Below, one piece after another: positions 24,082-39,000 of a stretch of 64,000 nucleotides of DNA. Position numbers and translations under genes: made by a program. Each line of letters opens with the position of its first letter. The stretch's first letter is position 1. Source of the DNA: Chiloscyllium plagiosum (taxonomy: Eukaryota); the NCBI RefSeq assembly GCF_004010195.1, contig NC_057719.1, forward strand, positions 12,239,084-12,303,083, written 5' to 3'. The notes under the pieces were generated by a model. That model was not told the DNA's origin. It worked only from the letters and a program-made list of their open reading frames with translations, and ran no database searches.

Positions 24082-27000
24082 CTAACAAGAAAAATAAAAC
24101 CAAATCATCATCACAGTTACTATTCCATTCATAACTCATGTGAAAGCACAATAAGCACATGTGGCAGCCCTGCCTCCCATCAGAATTTTTTCTTAAAAAG
24201 TTTCTGATGAGCATCTGCTGTCTGATAGAGAGGGAGATATCGAAGCATTGTTTGAAACCAATATAACCCTTAAACAGTGATATTCAAGAATAATTTAAAA
24301 ATGCACATAGCACCTTAACTTGAAGAAGTGTCTTAAAGCACTTCACATGAGCATTATATGACAAACGCTAATTCAAGGTAACCAACAGCTTGCCAAATAA
24401 GTAGCATTTAAGGAATGCCTTAAAGAAGAAAAACAAAGGCAGAGATGTGGTGACCTTTTGGGAAAGAATTCCAGCACTTTGAGCCTGGGCAACACAAGGC
24501 ACAACCACCAATGATGGAATAATTATGAAATCAGGAATCCACGAGGGAATATGCTTTGGAGGGTGGTGGTGCTGATAAGAGATGACAGCAATAGGCAGGG
24601 TCAAGATCTTACAGCGATTTGAAAACATGCACAAGGATTCAACACCACACCTAGCCTAAACAAGATACTTGCATTTTAGGAAACCGCACGTAGTTCTAGG
24701 AGGAGTCCGAACCACAGCTGAACGTGGTGACGGATACACCTATTGGATTTGATGCCACCAATTTCTTTGCTGGGTTGGGTTCTCGAGGGCTGACTTGGTC
24801 TAGTGGCCATGAGAAAGACTTCAAATGTCAGGTCCAAAGGTATTCCCCTGTTAATCTCATGTAATATCAAACACTCCTCAGCATTAACTCATTTTAGATT
24901 CTTCCACAACACTGGTTGGACACTGAAAAGGGCTGGGATGGGGACGCAGACCAAAACTGTAAACGAGGGCATGTGAAGATGGGTGAAGAATTGAGCTGAT
25001 GATGTAGTGGCAACGTCATGACTAGTAACCCACAGCCCCTGTTCAACACGTGCTCAAGACCCACCATGGCAGATGATGAAATTTGAAATCATTAAAATCG
25101 TGGAATAAAAAGCCAGCGTAATGGCAACCATGTAACCCATGTGGCTCACAAACATTTTTAGGGAAGGAAATCTGCCATCCTTACTTGATCTGGTCTGCAT
25201 GTGACTCCAAAGGCACAGCAATGTGGGCGAATCTTAGCTGGCAATTAGTGATGAGAAAAAAATGCTAGACTGGCCAGTGATCCTCACTTCACAAGTGAAT
25301 TGAATTGTTATAACAAAAAGGAAATTTAGGGAGATAATATTCAGGACAGGATCTGCAGGCCATGGTACAATAAAGGGATAAACATATACTGGTCCTAGAT
25401 TCTGACAGCATGCAATTTTCATGAGACAGAAGAAAAAAATGAAATCAGGTGGGGTTGGTTGGGGGACATGAGGAGTCAATTAATAAAAGGGAATGGCGAG
25501 TGTTAAATTCGCGAGACTATGAATCCAGAGACTATGGCAACGTTCTTGGGACCTGTTCAAATCCTGTCATTGTCGATGGAGGAGTTTGAATTCAATTTTA
25601 AAAATCTGAAATTAGGAGTCTAATGATGACCACAAATCCATTGTCGATTGCCAGAAAAATCAGTCTAGTTCATTAATTCATTACAGCGGCATGGTGATTC
25701 AGTGGTTAGCACTGCTGCCTCACAGCGCCAGGGACCGGGGCTCAATTCCTGCCTCGGGCAACTGTCTGTGTGGAGTTTGCATATTCTGCCAGTGTCTGTA
25801 TGGGTTTCCTCCGGGTGCTCCAGTTTCCTCCCACAGCACAAAAATGTGCAGGTTAGGAGAATTGGCCTTGCTAAATTGCCCGCAGTGTTAGGTAAGGGGT
25901 AAACGTAGGGGTATGGGTAGGTTGCGCTTCGACGGGTCGGTGTGGACTTGTTGGGCTGAAGGGCCTGTTTCCACACTGTAATGTAATGTAATCCTCCCAC
26001 AGTACAAAAATGTGCAGGTTAGGAGAATTGGCCTTGCTAAATTGCCCGTAGTGTTAGGTGAAGGGGTAAATGTAGGGGAATGGGTCTGGGTGCGTTGCTC
26101 TTTGGAGGGTCAATGTGGACTTGTTGGGCCGAAGGGCCTGTTTCCACACTGTAGGGAAACTAATCTAATAATCTAATCTAATGCAATGTCCTTTAAGAAA
26201 GGAAATGGCCACCCTTACCTGGACTGGCCTATACATGACTCCATACCCACAGCAATGTGGCTGACATTTAACCACCCTTTGGGCAATGAGAGATGCACAA
26301 TAAATGCTGGTCTGGCCAGTGACACACTCATCTCACAGATAAATTTAAAAAGAGTACGAATCCAAAGGTAGAGACATTTTCATCGCCAGTTATCTTCCCC
26401 TCTCCTGACCTCAAGATCTTAATGCCTGCTGAGTTGCTAAATCATCAGTGCGGGGTACCCACAGGAGTCTGCCCACACTCATTGCGCAAATCTATTCAAA
26501 ATCTGCAGAAAAGAATCTGCAACATTAAACACCCAAGTCCAACTATACTCAATGAGACTCATGGCTAGAGTAGGTTTCAATATATGTCCTCAAACATGGA
26601 AAATGGGAATAGTAAGATAACAAGAGTCCAGAAAGTCTGTTGCTGTTAGGGTGAAAGGCAAGGCTGGTACGTGTCGGGAATGCTGGATAACTTGAGAAAT
26701 TGAGGTTCTGGTCAAGAAAAAGAAGGAAGCATATCAGGTACAGACAACAGAGATTGAGTGAATCCCTACAAGAGTACAGGAGTATGAGGGAGATCAGGAG
26801 GACAAGAAGGGGACATGAGTTAGCTTTGGTAAATAGGGTTAAGGACAACCCAAAAGGATTCCACAAATACATTAAGGACAAACGGGTATTGGGAAAAACA
26901 GGGCCCCTTAAAGATATGCATGGAATTGCAGATGGGGGGAGATACTAAACAAGTTTTTTGAACATAGAACAGTACAGCACAGAACAGGCCCTTCAGCCCA

Positions 27001-30000
27001 TGATGCTGTGCCGACCATTGATCCTCATGTGAGGTAAACCTAATGTACGAACTCTCAAATTTCTGTGACTATATGCATGTTTAGCAGTCTCTTAACTATC
27101 CCCAATGACCTCGCTTCCACAACTGCTGCTGGCAACGCATTCCATGCTCTCACAACTCTCTGCATAAAGAACCTGCCTCTGACATCCCCTCAATACATGC
27201 CGCCAAACAGCTTAAAACTATGACCCCTCGTGTTAACAATTTCTGCCCTAGAAAAAAGTTTCTGGCTATCAACTCTATCTATGCCTCTCATTATCTTGTA
27301 CACCTCAATTAGGTCCCTTCTCTTCCTTTTTTCCAATGAAAGAAGTCCGAGCTCAGTCAACCTCTCTTCGTAAGATTAGCCCTCCATTTCAGGCAGCATC
27401 CTGGTAAACCTCCTCTGAACCCTTTCCAAAGCATCCACATCTTTCCTATAATAGGGCAACCAGAACTGGACATAGTATTCCAAGTGTGGTCTAACCAAAG
27501 TTTTATATCTTCCAAAATGCATAATTTCGCATTTATCCAGGTTGAACTGCATCTGCAACCTCTCAGCCCATCTCTGCATCCTGTCAATGTCATGCTGCAG
27601 CCTACAACAGTCCTCTATACTGTCAACGACACCTCCAACCTTTGTGTCGTCTGCAAACTTGCTAACCCATCCTTCAATCTCCTCATCCAAGTCATTAATA
27701 AAAATTACAAACAGTAGAGGCCCAAGAACACCACTCACCACTGACTTCCAGGCAGAATATTTTCCTCCCACTACCACTCACGGTTTTCTATCGACCAGCC
27801 AATTCTGTATCCAGACAGCTAAATTTCCCTGTATCCCATTCCTCCTGACCTTCTGAACGAGCCTACCATGGGGAACCTTATCAAATGCCTTACTGAGTCT
27901 ATATACACAACATCCACCGATCGACCCTCATCAACTTGTCTAGTAACATCCTAAAAGAACTCAATAAGATTTGTGAGGCATGACCTGCCCCTCACAAAGC
28001 CGTGCTGACTGCCTTTAATCAAGCCATGCTCTTCCAGATGGTCATAAAACCTATCCCTCAGAATCCTTTCTAACACCTTGCAGACGACAGACGTGAGACT
28101 TACTGGTCTGTAATTGTAGTGGATTTCCCTATTTCCTTTCTTGAAGTGAGGAATTACATTTGCCTCCCTCCAGTCCTCAGGTACGACTCTGGTGGAGAGC
28201 GAAGATGCAAAGATCTTCGCAAGCGGTGAAGCAATCACATTTCTCGCTTCCCAAAGCAGCCGAGGACAAATCTGGTCTGGCCCTGGCGACTTGTCAATCT
28301 TAATGTTTGTCAAAATTTTCAACACATCAGCTTCCTCAATCTCTATCCATTCCAGCATGCCCACCTGCTCCTCAATGGTTTCATTCACTACAAAGGTCCT
28401 TTTTTTTTTAGTAAAGACAGAAGCAAAAAACTCATTTAGGGCTTCCCCTACCTCCTCAGACTCTATACACAAGTTCCCTATGCTATCCCTGATCGGCCCT
28501 ACTCTTTCTTTGATCATTCTCTTATTCCTCACATACGTGTAAAATGCCTTTGGATTCTCTCTAATCCTTCCTGCCAAGCCTTTCTCGGGCCCCCTCCTGG
28601 CTCTCCTCAGACCATTTTTGAGCTCTTTCTTCGCCTGCCTGTAATCCTCGAGATAAAGGATCAGTGGTGCTGGAAGAGCACAGCAATTCAGGCAGCATCC
28701 GAGGACAGGCAAAATCGACGTTTCGGGCTGAGCAAGACCCTTGCTTCCTCCACCTTACGTAAGCTGCCTTCTTTCTTTTGACGATAAGCTCCTCCGCTCT
28801 CGTCACCCAAGGTTCCTTTATCTTACCCCTTCTTGCCTGTCTCAGAGGAACACATTTGTGCATCACTTGCAACAACTGTTCCTTAAACAGTCTCACATGT
28901 CTATAGTGAACTTTTCATGGAACAATTGCTCCCAGTCCATGCTTCCCAACACACATCTGATAGTATCATAATTTCCTTTTCCCCAATTAAATGTCCTCCC
29001 ATTGTGCCTGCTTCTCTCCTTCTCCATAGCTATGTAGATCACCAAAGTGCTCTCCCGCTGCAAGACCTGACACCTGCCCCGGCTCATTGCCGAGCACCAA
29101 ATCCAAAATGGCCTCTCCCCTTGTCGGCCTGTCAACATACTGAGTTAGGAAACCCTCCTGAACACACCTTACAAAAACAGCTACTTCTAAACCATCTGCT
29201 CGAAGGAGATTCCAATCAATATTGGGAAAGTTAAAGTCATCCATTACAACAACCCTACTACATTCACACTTTTCCAAAATCTGCCAACCTATTCTGTCTT
29301 CAATCTTCCTGCTGTTATTGGGGGGCCTGTAGTAAACCTCTAATGAGGTGACTGCTCCCTTACTGTTCCTAATTTCCACCCATACTGACTCAGTAGGCAG
29401 ACCCTCCTTGACAACGGTAACTTCTGTAGCTGTGATACCCTCTCTGATTAGCAGTGCTACACCCCCTCCTCTTTCCCACCTCCCTATTATTTTTAAATGT
29501 TCTAAACCCTGGAACATCCAGCAACCATTCCTGCCCCTGAGAAATCCATGTCTCTGTTATGGCCACAACATCATAGCACCAGGTACTGATTTTGCATTAG
29601 TGTTTACTATGGAGAAGGATGTGGAAGGTATCGAATATGGGAAAATAAATAGCAACTTGAAAAATGTCTATACTACAGAGGCAGTGGCTCTGGATGGCTT
29701 ATAAAGGTGGATAAATGCTCAGGATCTGATCAGGTGTACCCTGGAACTCTGAGGGAAGATAGGGAAGTGATTGCTGGGCCCCTTGCTGAGACATTTTTAC
29801 CATCGATAGCCACAGGTGAGGTGCTGAAAGACCAGAGGTTGGCTAACATGGTGCCACTATTTAGGAAAGATGGTAAGGAAAAGCCAGGGAACTATAGAGC
29901 AGCGAATGTGACATCAGTGGTGGGCAAGTTGTTGCAGTGAATCCTGAGGGACAGGATTTACATGTATTAGGAAAAGCAAGGACTGATTAGGGATAGTCAA

Positions 30001-33000
30001 CATGGCTTTGTGCGTGGGAAATCAGTGTTTCATTAACGCGATTGGAGTTTTTCGAAGAAGTAATGATAAGGGCAGAGCAGTGAATATGATTATTGTGGAT
30101 TTCAGCAAGATGTTTGACAAGGTTCCTCATGGTAGACTGGTTAGCAAGGTTAGATCTCATGGAATACAGGTAGAACTAGACATCTGGATACAGATCCAAC
30201 TCGAAGGTAGAAGACAGAGGGTGGTGGTGGAGAGTTGCTTTTCAAACTGGAGGCCTATGATCATTGGTGTGCCACAATAATCAGTGCTGGGTCCACTGCT
30301 TTTCATCATTTATATAAATGATTTGGATACGAACATAGAGGGCATAGGATTAAGGAGAGGGGAGAAAGATTTAAATGGATCCAGAGGGGCAACGTTTTCA
30401 TGCAGAGGGTGGTGCGTGTATGGAATAAGCTGCCACAGGAAGTGGAGGAGGCTGGTACAATTACAACATTTAATAGGCATTTGGATGGGTATATGAATAG
30501 TAACAGTTTAGAGGGTCAAGTGCTGGCAAATGGGACTAGGTTAATTTAGGCTATCCGGTCAGCATGGATGAGTTGGGCCGGAGGGTTTGTTTCTATGCTA
30601 TATAGCTGTTTGACTAACTCTCTCTCTCTTAAAAAGGCGATGCAGATAGATTTTTAGACATTAAAAAGCGCCAAGGGGTATGGGGAGGAACTGGGAATAT
30701 GGCAGAGATAGACAGATGATCAGCCACGATTGTATTGAATGGAGGAAGCTGGTCAAGGGGCCGAATAGCCTACTCCTGCTTTTATTTTCACTGTTTCAAA
30801 CGTGGATTAAACATCTGACGACCATATGTTTACACAGAGCATCCCAGTAGTTCAAACAATGAATGGATGCATTTTGGTTACAAACAAAACAGTTTTGGGA
30901 ACAAAGGGGAGAGATTTTAGCCCCAAAGCTTGCTGCTTTTCCTGAGAGTACAAAAGCAAACAATTTATCCTGAATCTAGAGGTTGCTGAAGGCAGCATCA
31001 CAATGCACGGGTTTGTAAATCCTTAACGTTGCTTAGCTACAAGGCACAATTACTCAAGGTGTTCTTGCTACAAATTCCCCAACCAAAGCAGGACTTACTT
31101 GATTCAGTTCTCGCTGCATTCAGTTCTTACCTTTATCTGTACAAGGAAATCTCTCAGATGTTCTTTGAAGGATGGAATGTCTTGGTTGAGGCTGAACAGA
31201 CCAGTCACAAAAACTTTGATCTGCGCACTGTGGCATGAAAAGATAACAGAAACAGAATTGAAACAATTTTACACTTCCTTTTGTCATGCAATTCTGAACA
31301 GTGAAAGCCTAAAACACAAGCGAATATTAACATTTCTCTCCAAGCTACAAATAGATCCTTGGGGGAGGAAATTCAGGCAGCAAGGACTGATGTCAAGGTA
31401 GCAGAGGCTCTCCAAACACAGCACCTCATGAAGTAGGGAAATATTTACCCCTCCAAGCTGCACAGAATCCTGCCTTGGAACTACATTGCTGTTCCTTCAC
31501 TATTACTGTTGCAAAATCCTGAAATTCCCTTCCTAACTGCACTGTGGATGCACCTCCACCACATGGACAGTAGCACCTCAAGGAAGCAGCTCATTGCCAC
31601 CTTCTCAAGGGTAACAAGGGATGGGAAAATAGCGAAGTCCATATGCAATGAAGAAATAAGTAGTACAAAAAACAACAAGGACACTGTTCTCAGAAATGAA
31701 CCAATGTGGATGTTTTTTTTTTAAAAATCTGCAAATCACAGCATAAAACCCACTAACGTCAACTGCACTTTTTCTGACAAAGGAAACAAAATGAGAAGTG
31801 AGAAACACAATGGGCACTAAAGATAGGAAAAAATGACAGAGTAGTTAGGTGGGAACACAAGACAAAGCAAGAGTCATAGAGATGTACAGCATGGAAACAG
31901 ACCCTTCGCTCCAACCCGTCCATGTCGACCAGATATCCCAACCCAGTCTAGTCCCACCTGCCAGCACCTGGCCCATATCCCTCTAAACCCTTCCTATTCA
32001 TATACCCATCCAAATGCATCTTAAATGTTGCAATTGTACCAGCCTCCACCACTTCCTCTGGCAGCTCATTCCATACCAGTACCACCCACTGCATTCCTCC
32101 AACCCTGGCAACATGCTTGTAAATCTTTTCTGAACGCTTTCAAGTTTCACAATATCTTTCCAATAGGAATGAGACCAAAATTGCACGCAATATTCCAACA
32201 GTAGCCTAACCCATGTCCTGTACAGCTGCGAGATTTTTTTTAAAAAATGAAACAAAAACATTTGCAATTTCTTCAACTGGTAGATGTCTCCAACACTGAT
32301 CCTGTAACTCAACTAAATTTCACACCACCAGAATTCGCTCTGGTCTACACTGTAGGAGTAATCCCAAATGGAGAGAAAAATTCTTCGATTAACTTAACCC
32401 TTTAGTGTTACCAGTGTAGTGGGACTGGGCCTGAAGGAAAGAAACAAAATAAATAGGAGCATGTAAAACAAAAAAGGAGAGAAAAAGACAGAAACAAAAC
32501 AAAAACAATAGAAAAACTGAAAGAACTGGTGATGCTGGAAATCAAACAAAGACAGATATTGCTAGAAAAGCTCAGCAGGTCTGGCAACATTTGTGGACAG
32601 AAATCAGAGTTAACATTTCGGGCCCAGTGACCTTTCCTCAGCTCAAAAAAATGAATTGGTTTTATCTCATTATTATTAGTCTCAACAGCTTATTACGGGA
32701 TAGTTCCTCAACTTCACCTCTGGAATGTGGTGGTAAGAATGCAGGACATAATCATTTTCATAATCATAGCACTTCAAGCAGTGGAACACCGAATACAACA
32801 AGGAGCACAAACACGGTCTATATAGTCTCCCTGCGTAATCAACACTTGTGCCACATGATCAGCTAACTCAGTATAGAACAAAGACCAAGGACCAGATTGT
32901 CCTTGGCTGAATGGCTAAAACTATCACAACTCCCTCTGGGCAGCACTCACTCTTGGAGATGAGGAAAGGCAGTTTTCAACAAGTTGGCCACAAACTCTTG

Positions 33001-36000
33001 CACAAAGATCTGATTGTTGATATTGGGGGTCGCTGGGCTCAAAGACAATGTGATCTTGCCGTCCTCCACTAGGCTGAACATGTACGCCAAGATGGTGGCG
33101 TGCATAGTTAATCCTGGAAAGGAGAAATTAAAATGTTTTTACAAGTTAAAACACATTCATACAATCATATGTAGTCAGATCCAATCTATATAACCAATAA
33201 CTAACTATATTCCTCCTACACCTCCCCTCTCCAGCCCTACAGTTCTAAAAACATGGGCAGCCTCTTATCAATTTCAGCCACATAGCAACTCTATAAAGTA
33301 GCACTTTGGAGCCAGAAGGTTCTACACTGAACAAAACCAATAGGATTTGGAATGTGCTGCATTTTGAATGGTAGTACGGGATTCCAAAAAAAGAGCCTGA
33401 TATTTGAAAGTGATGAATTTAGAAGGCTATGGACATAGGGTCAGAGAACGGGATTAGTTCGGTAACTCTTTTGGGAGTCGGTACAGCCATGATGGGTCGA
33501 ATGGCCTCCTTCTGTACCACAAAACTCTAGGAAAACCTAGTTGGACATTCCAGTGCAGTACAGGAAGTACATTTCCTACACTATGAAGCACTTTACTGGG
33601 TTACAATGCACTTTGAGACATGCCATGATGGTGAAAAGATGCTATTCAAATCCAAGTGCTGGCAGGTGGGACTAGATTGGGTTGGGATTTCTGGTCGGCA
33701 TGGACAGATTGGACCGAAGGGTTTGTTTCCAAGCTGTACATTTCTATGACTCTATGATTCTACTTCTCTCTGCTTTTGCCAAGACCCTCCCCCAAATCAA
33801 CTGAACTTCAAACAGAAGGATTTGCGTTTGGACCAAACTGTATTCTCACCCGAGCTTCCTAGTACAAAACCCAACCAATGGTAAAGAAATAGCCCCAAAT
33901 TCTCACCCCCACTCAAACTATACATAACTCTATATTACAGGGGAGATTGCAGCATAGCGGCTGTCACGAGATGAGTAACCGAGAGATTAATCCAAAACAC
34001 TGGGGACAGGAGTTCAAATCCTCACTTTGACAGCTCAAATTTAAATGAATACATCTGGAATACAAGGCTGGTCTCAGCAATCGTGACAAACAAATTCTTA
34101 AAACCAGAAACCATTTGATCCACTAATGTGCTTTCAGGAAAGGAAATCGGTCTATGTGGCAGACTCTTCACAGCCTCTGAAACAACCCTCTCACAAGACA
34201 CTCATTCAATTAGGGCAACAAATTCTGGCCTTGCCAGTGAAGCTCACATCCCAAGAACAAATTTAAAACAAAACCTCTCTCCACCACTGCACTGAGCTCA
34301 TCTTAGTTCACTGGGCCAGTAAAAGTGGTGGGAGGGATTTACAAAAAAAACAATGCATTAATTCCCTCATCTCCCTCTCCAGGATCTTGAACACTATCCA
34401 GATCAGAAGGCCAACTTCTTTTGTATTGTTGAAACAGTTAACAAATATAATTTCCCTGCCTTCTTGAACATCCCATCAGCCCACCTACCCAGTCAGTACA
34501 GCCATCTTAAAAGGAAAGGGGGGAGAAATAAAGATCAAAAAGTGAAATGTCTGATTTACCAGCGGTGTGCGAAGTATCTGTCACCACTGAGAAGATGTGC
34601 TGAAGAATGTCACAGAAATACGTTTGATAAAAGCTCTGGGCAGCTGTCTCTTCCTGTGCGACATTCTGCAGGAGAGTATAAAGTATAGACAACCCTGCAA
34701 AAACAAATGCAGAATTCAGTTCAGACCACTGTCGCAGTCCAAAATCTGTGGGGAGACAAAAACTAGCGAGCCATAAATACAAGACGAAACTGCTAATACA
34801 TCCAATTAGTAATTTGGCAGAAACTTCATCACCAAGGGAGCATTCAGAATGCAAAACCATGAGGCAAAATTACAATGCGATCAGGCATGTACAGGACATT
34901 GGTTAGGCCACTGTTGGAATATTGCGTGCAATTTTGGTCTCCTTCTTATCAGAAAGATGTTGTGAAACTTGAAAGAGTTCAGAAAAGATTTGCAAGGATG
35001 TTGCCAGGGTTGGAGGATTTGAGCTATGGGGAGAGGCTGAACAGGCTGGGGCTGTTTTCCCTGGAGCGTCGGAGGCTGAGGGGTGACCTTATAGGAGTTT
35101 ACAAAATTATGAGGGGCATGGATAGGGTAAATAGGCAAAGTCTTTTCCCTGGGGGTTGGGGAGTCCAGAACTAGAGGGCATAGGTTTAGGGTGAGAGGGG
35201 AAAAGATATAAAAGAGACCTAAGGGGCAACTTTTTCATGCAGAAGATGGTACATGTATGGAATGAGCTGCCAGAGGAAGTGGTGGAGGCTGGTACAATTG
35301 CAACATTTAAGATGCATTTGGATGGGTATATGAATAGGAAGGGTTTGGAGGGATATGGGCCAGGTGCTGGCAGGTGGGACTAGATTGGGTAGGGATATCA
35401 GGTCGACATGGACGGGTTGGACCGAAGGGTCCGTTTCCATGCTGTACATCTCTATGACTCTATGAACTGTGGAGCAAAAACTGGGAGCAGATGCTCTCAG
35501 GGAAATGCGTGACCGAAATGTGGAGGTTGTTTAGGGAGCACTGGCTAAGAGTGCTGGATAGGTTTGTCCCACTGAGGCAAGGAGGGGATGGTAGGATGAA
35601 AGAACCTTGGATGACAAGAGATGTGGAATATCTAGTCAAGAGGAAGAAAGAAGCTCACTTAAGAATGAGGATGCAAGGATCAGACAGGGCTCTAGAGGGT
35701 AACAAGGTAACCAGGAAGGAACTGAAGAATGGACCAAGGAGAGGTAGATGGGGGCATGATGAATCCTTGACATGTCAGATTAAGGAAAATCCCAAGGCAT
35801 TCTACACTTGAGGAACAAGAGTTTGGCCAGAGTGAGGGTAGGGCCAATTAGGGATAGTGGAGGGAACTCGTACCTTGAGTCAGAAGGGTTGGGGAAGTCC
35901 TTAATGAATACTTTGCTTCAGTATTCACTAGTGAGAGGGACCTTGTAACTTGTGAGGACAGTGTGAAACAGGCGGATATGCTCGAACAGCTTAATGTTAA

Positions 36001-39000
36001 GGAGGAAGATGTGCTGGAAATTTCAAAAACATGATCAAGTCTCCTGGGCCAGAACAGATATACCCAAGGTTACTACAGGAAGCGAGGGAAGAGATTGCTA
36101 TGCCTTTGGCAATGATCTTTGTGTCCCCACTGCCCACTGGAATAGTACGAGATGAATGAAGGGTGGCAAATGTTATTTCCTCATTCAAGAAAGATATGAT
36201 TTGGAGATGCCGGTGTTGGACTGGGGTGTATAAAGTTAAAAATCACACAACACCAGGTTATAGTCCAAAAGGTTGAATTGGAAGCACACTAGCTTGCAGA
36301 GTGTCGCTACCACCTGATGAAGGAGCAGCGCTCCGAAAGCTAGTGCTTCCAATTAAACCTATTGGACTATAACCTGGTGCTGTGGGATTTTTAACTCAAA
36401 AAAGGTAATAAGGATAACTCTGGGAATTACAGACCTGTCAGTCTTACATCAGTGGTGGGCAAATTATTGGAGAGGATTCTGAGAAACGGATTTATGATTA
36501 TTGGGAAAAGCATAGTTTGATTAGAAATAGCCAGCATGGTTTTGAGGGGGGCAGGTCTTACCTCACAAGCCTTATTAAATTATTTGAGGATGTGACGAAA
36601 CACATTGAAGATAGAGCAGCGGATGTGATGTACATGGATTTTAGCAAGGCATTTGATAAGGTACATGGTAAGCTCATTCAGAAAATAAAGGAGGCATGGG
36701 ATACAGGGAAATTTGGCTGTCTGGATACACATCTGGCTGGCCCATTGATGGCAGAGGGTGGTAATAGATGGAAAGTATTCAGCCTGGAGCTCGGTGATCA
36801 GTGGTGTTCCATAGGGAACAGTTCTGGGACCTCTACTCTTTGCGATTTTTAGAAACGACTTGGATGAGGAAGTGGAAGGGTAGTAGGTTTATCCATGACA
36901 CGAAGGTTGGTGGAGTTGTGGATCGTGTCAAGGGCGGTTATAGGTTGCAACGGGACATTGACAGGATGCAGAACTGGGCTGATAAGTGGCAGATGGAGTT
37001 CAACCTGGAAAAGTGCAAAGTGATTCATTTCAGAAGGTCGAATTTGAATGCAGAAAACAGGGTAAAAGGCAGGATTCTTGGCAGTGTGGTGATCGGGGGT
37101 CCACATCCAAAGATCCACCCAAGTTGATAAGGTTGTTAAGACGTGTGGTGTGTTTGCTTTCATTAGCAGAGGGATTAAGTTTAAGAGCGTGAGGTTATGC
37201 TGCAGCTCTGTAAGGCCATCACACTTGGAATACTGTGTTCAGTCTGGTTGCCTCATTATAGGAAGGATGGGGGTGCAGAGGAGATTTACCAGGAGGGTAT
37301 GTCTTATGAAGAAAGGTTGAGGGAACTAGGGCTTTTCTCATTAGGGCGAAGAAGGACGAGAGGTGACTTGATAGAGGTCTACAAGATGATGGGAGACATA
37401 GGAAGAGTGAATAGCCAGAGACCTTTCCCCAGGGCCGAAATGACTATCACGAGGGGGCATAATTTTAAGGTGAATGGAGGAAGTTTTGGGGAGATGTCAG
37501 AGGTAGTTTCTTGGCAGACAGAGTAGTGGGTGCGTGGAATGCACTGCCAGCAGTGGTAGTACAGTCAGACACATTAGGGACACTTAAGCGACTCTTGGAT
37601 AGGCAGATGGAAATCAATAAAATGAAGTGTATGTAGGTTAGTCTGATCTTCGAATAGGATAAAAGGTTGGTACAACATCAAGGACTGAAGGGCCTGTACG
37701 GTGCTGCGCTGTTCTATGAAAGGAGGAGCCAGATAAGCATGAGAAAGGAAGAGGAAATAGTAGGACATACAGATAGGGCAAGAGTAATGTGGGAAGAGGC
37801 ACATGTGAAGCATAAACATCAGCATTGACCTGCTGGGGCTCTTTATCCATTGCACCAGAGAAAAGGAAGGAAGGAAGGAAGGAAGGAAGGATGGAAGGAA
37901 AGGCCGCTTGGCACAACAAAGCATACCTGTATCAGCCACGTTCCTCATGGTGTGTTTGAAAGCCCAGATAATGGAGTCAAGGACCAATTTGAACTGGGCT
38001 GGAGGTATGTTCAGGAATGCAGGGAAACAATGACTATTGACTGCTTGAAGAAGCAGAAAGAAGTTAGTCCTGTGCTCTGGATACTCTTCAAAATCCTGGA
38101 GAGGAAGACAAAGAAAATTAAATTCTCAAAATTTTGTGTCGTCATTTAGATCTTTATACAGATTGTAGGTGGCAACCAACAACATAATTTTATTGAAGAC
38201 TTAAATCAGACCTCTAATTAAATTGACAGACCACTCCTGTTCATTCAAGTTCAAATTCATTTGAATTTGAATGCAACTTGAATTTATTATTGCAAAAACA
38301 AACTGGGCTAATCGAAGCAGCTGATAGACTGGGGGAGCTACCAGCCAAGTCCTGCTATGGAGAATGAGATTTTGATCTAAAAAAAAAACACACCGTTTAT
38401 TTTATACAGTTTCAGAATGTGAAACAAAGACGTTGTTGAGATTCTGGTTCATTCCCTACTGTGGATGGAAAACTGCTTAGGAATGAACGTTTGTGACCGA
38501 CTGATGAGGCAGTGAATACAGGTAGTGTCGGCAAATTCAAGAGTGGAAAGGAAAAATATCAGACACAGAAATTGATCAAGGTATGCAAGTACATGATTTT
38601 TTTTTTCCCCAGCTTTGTGATTAAACAATCACAAGCTCTTTCAGCTCCTTACTTCCCAAAATTCCACAGACGTCACATGTTGAGACATAAGACAAACAAT
38701 GGCTGCACAGCAAGTTGGGTAACTAAAGTGATGGTACCCAAGGAGAACAAAAAAAAATCTTCGAGTGGCAAGGAAGGAGGAAGCATTTTAAATGAAATTA
38801 CACAATTGATGTAGCACAATTCTCAATAACAGAACAAAAACCAGGATTACTCATCCTTACATCTCAAGTATAGAGTTATATATTTCCTATTGTGCAAGGG
38901 CTTTAGGACCCTGGGGAAAATGGTGTCATGGAACTGCTCCTCATTGGGTATAAACAGTACACTGACAGAGTGAAAGAGAGAGCACGAGGTGGAAGCCTGA

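Larger units (their letters stand above)
26590..30620 (+). mobile_element. Outer CR1 LINE (26590-26958 plus 29591-30620), split by a nested CR1
   Basis: [17 protein letters not shown]..gagatactaaacaagt joins tttgcattagtgtttactatggagaagg..[35 protein letters not shown]. Confidence 0.85.
35470..37720 (+). mobile_element. Decayed CR1 LINE ORF2
   Basis: [59 protein letters not shown]. Confidence 0.9.

Noticed and set aside
24676..24925. Possible extra XPO1 exon (acceptor-like cccttttcag, 64-aa ORF)
   Set aside because: All three frames after the acceptor hit stops quickly, there is no recognisable homology, and exons 24 and 25 already join in frame.
25687..25760. tRNA genes at the SINE heads (also 43025, 45133, 49711, 61170)
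   Set aside because: Each tRNA-like head runs into a common SINE body and LINE-like tail, with no complete cloverleaf.
27951..28712. Longest ORF in the track (253 aa) as a host gene
   Set aside because: It is a CR1 ORF2 fragment whose N-terminus comes from an inserted Penelope repeat, and neighbouring segments are frameshifted.
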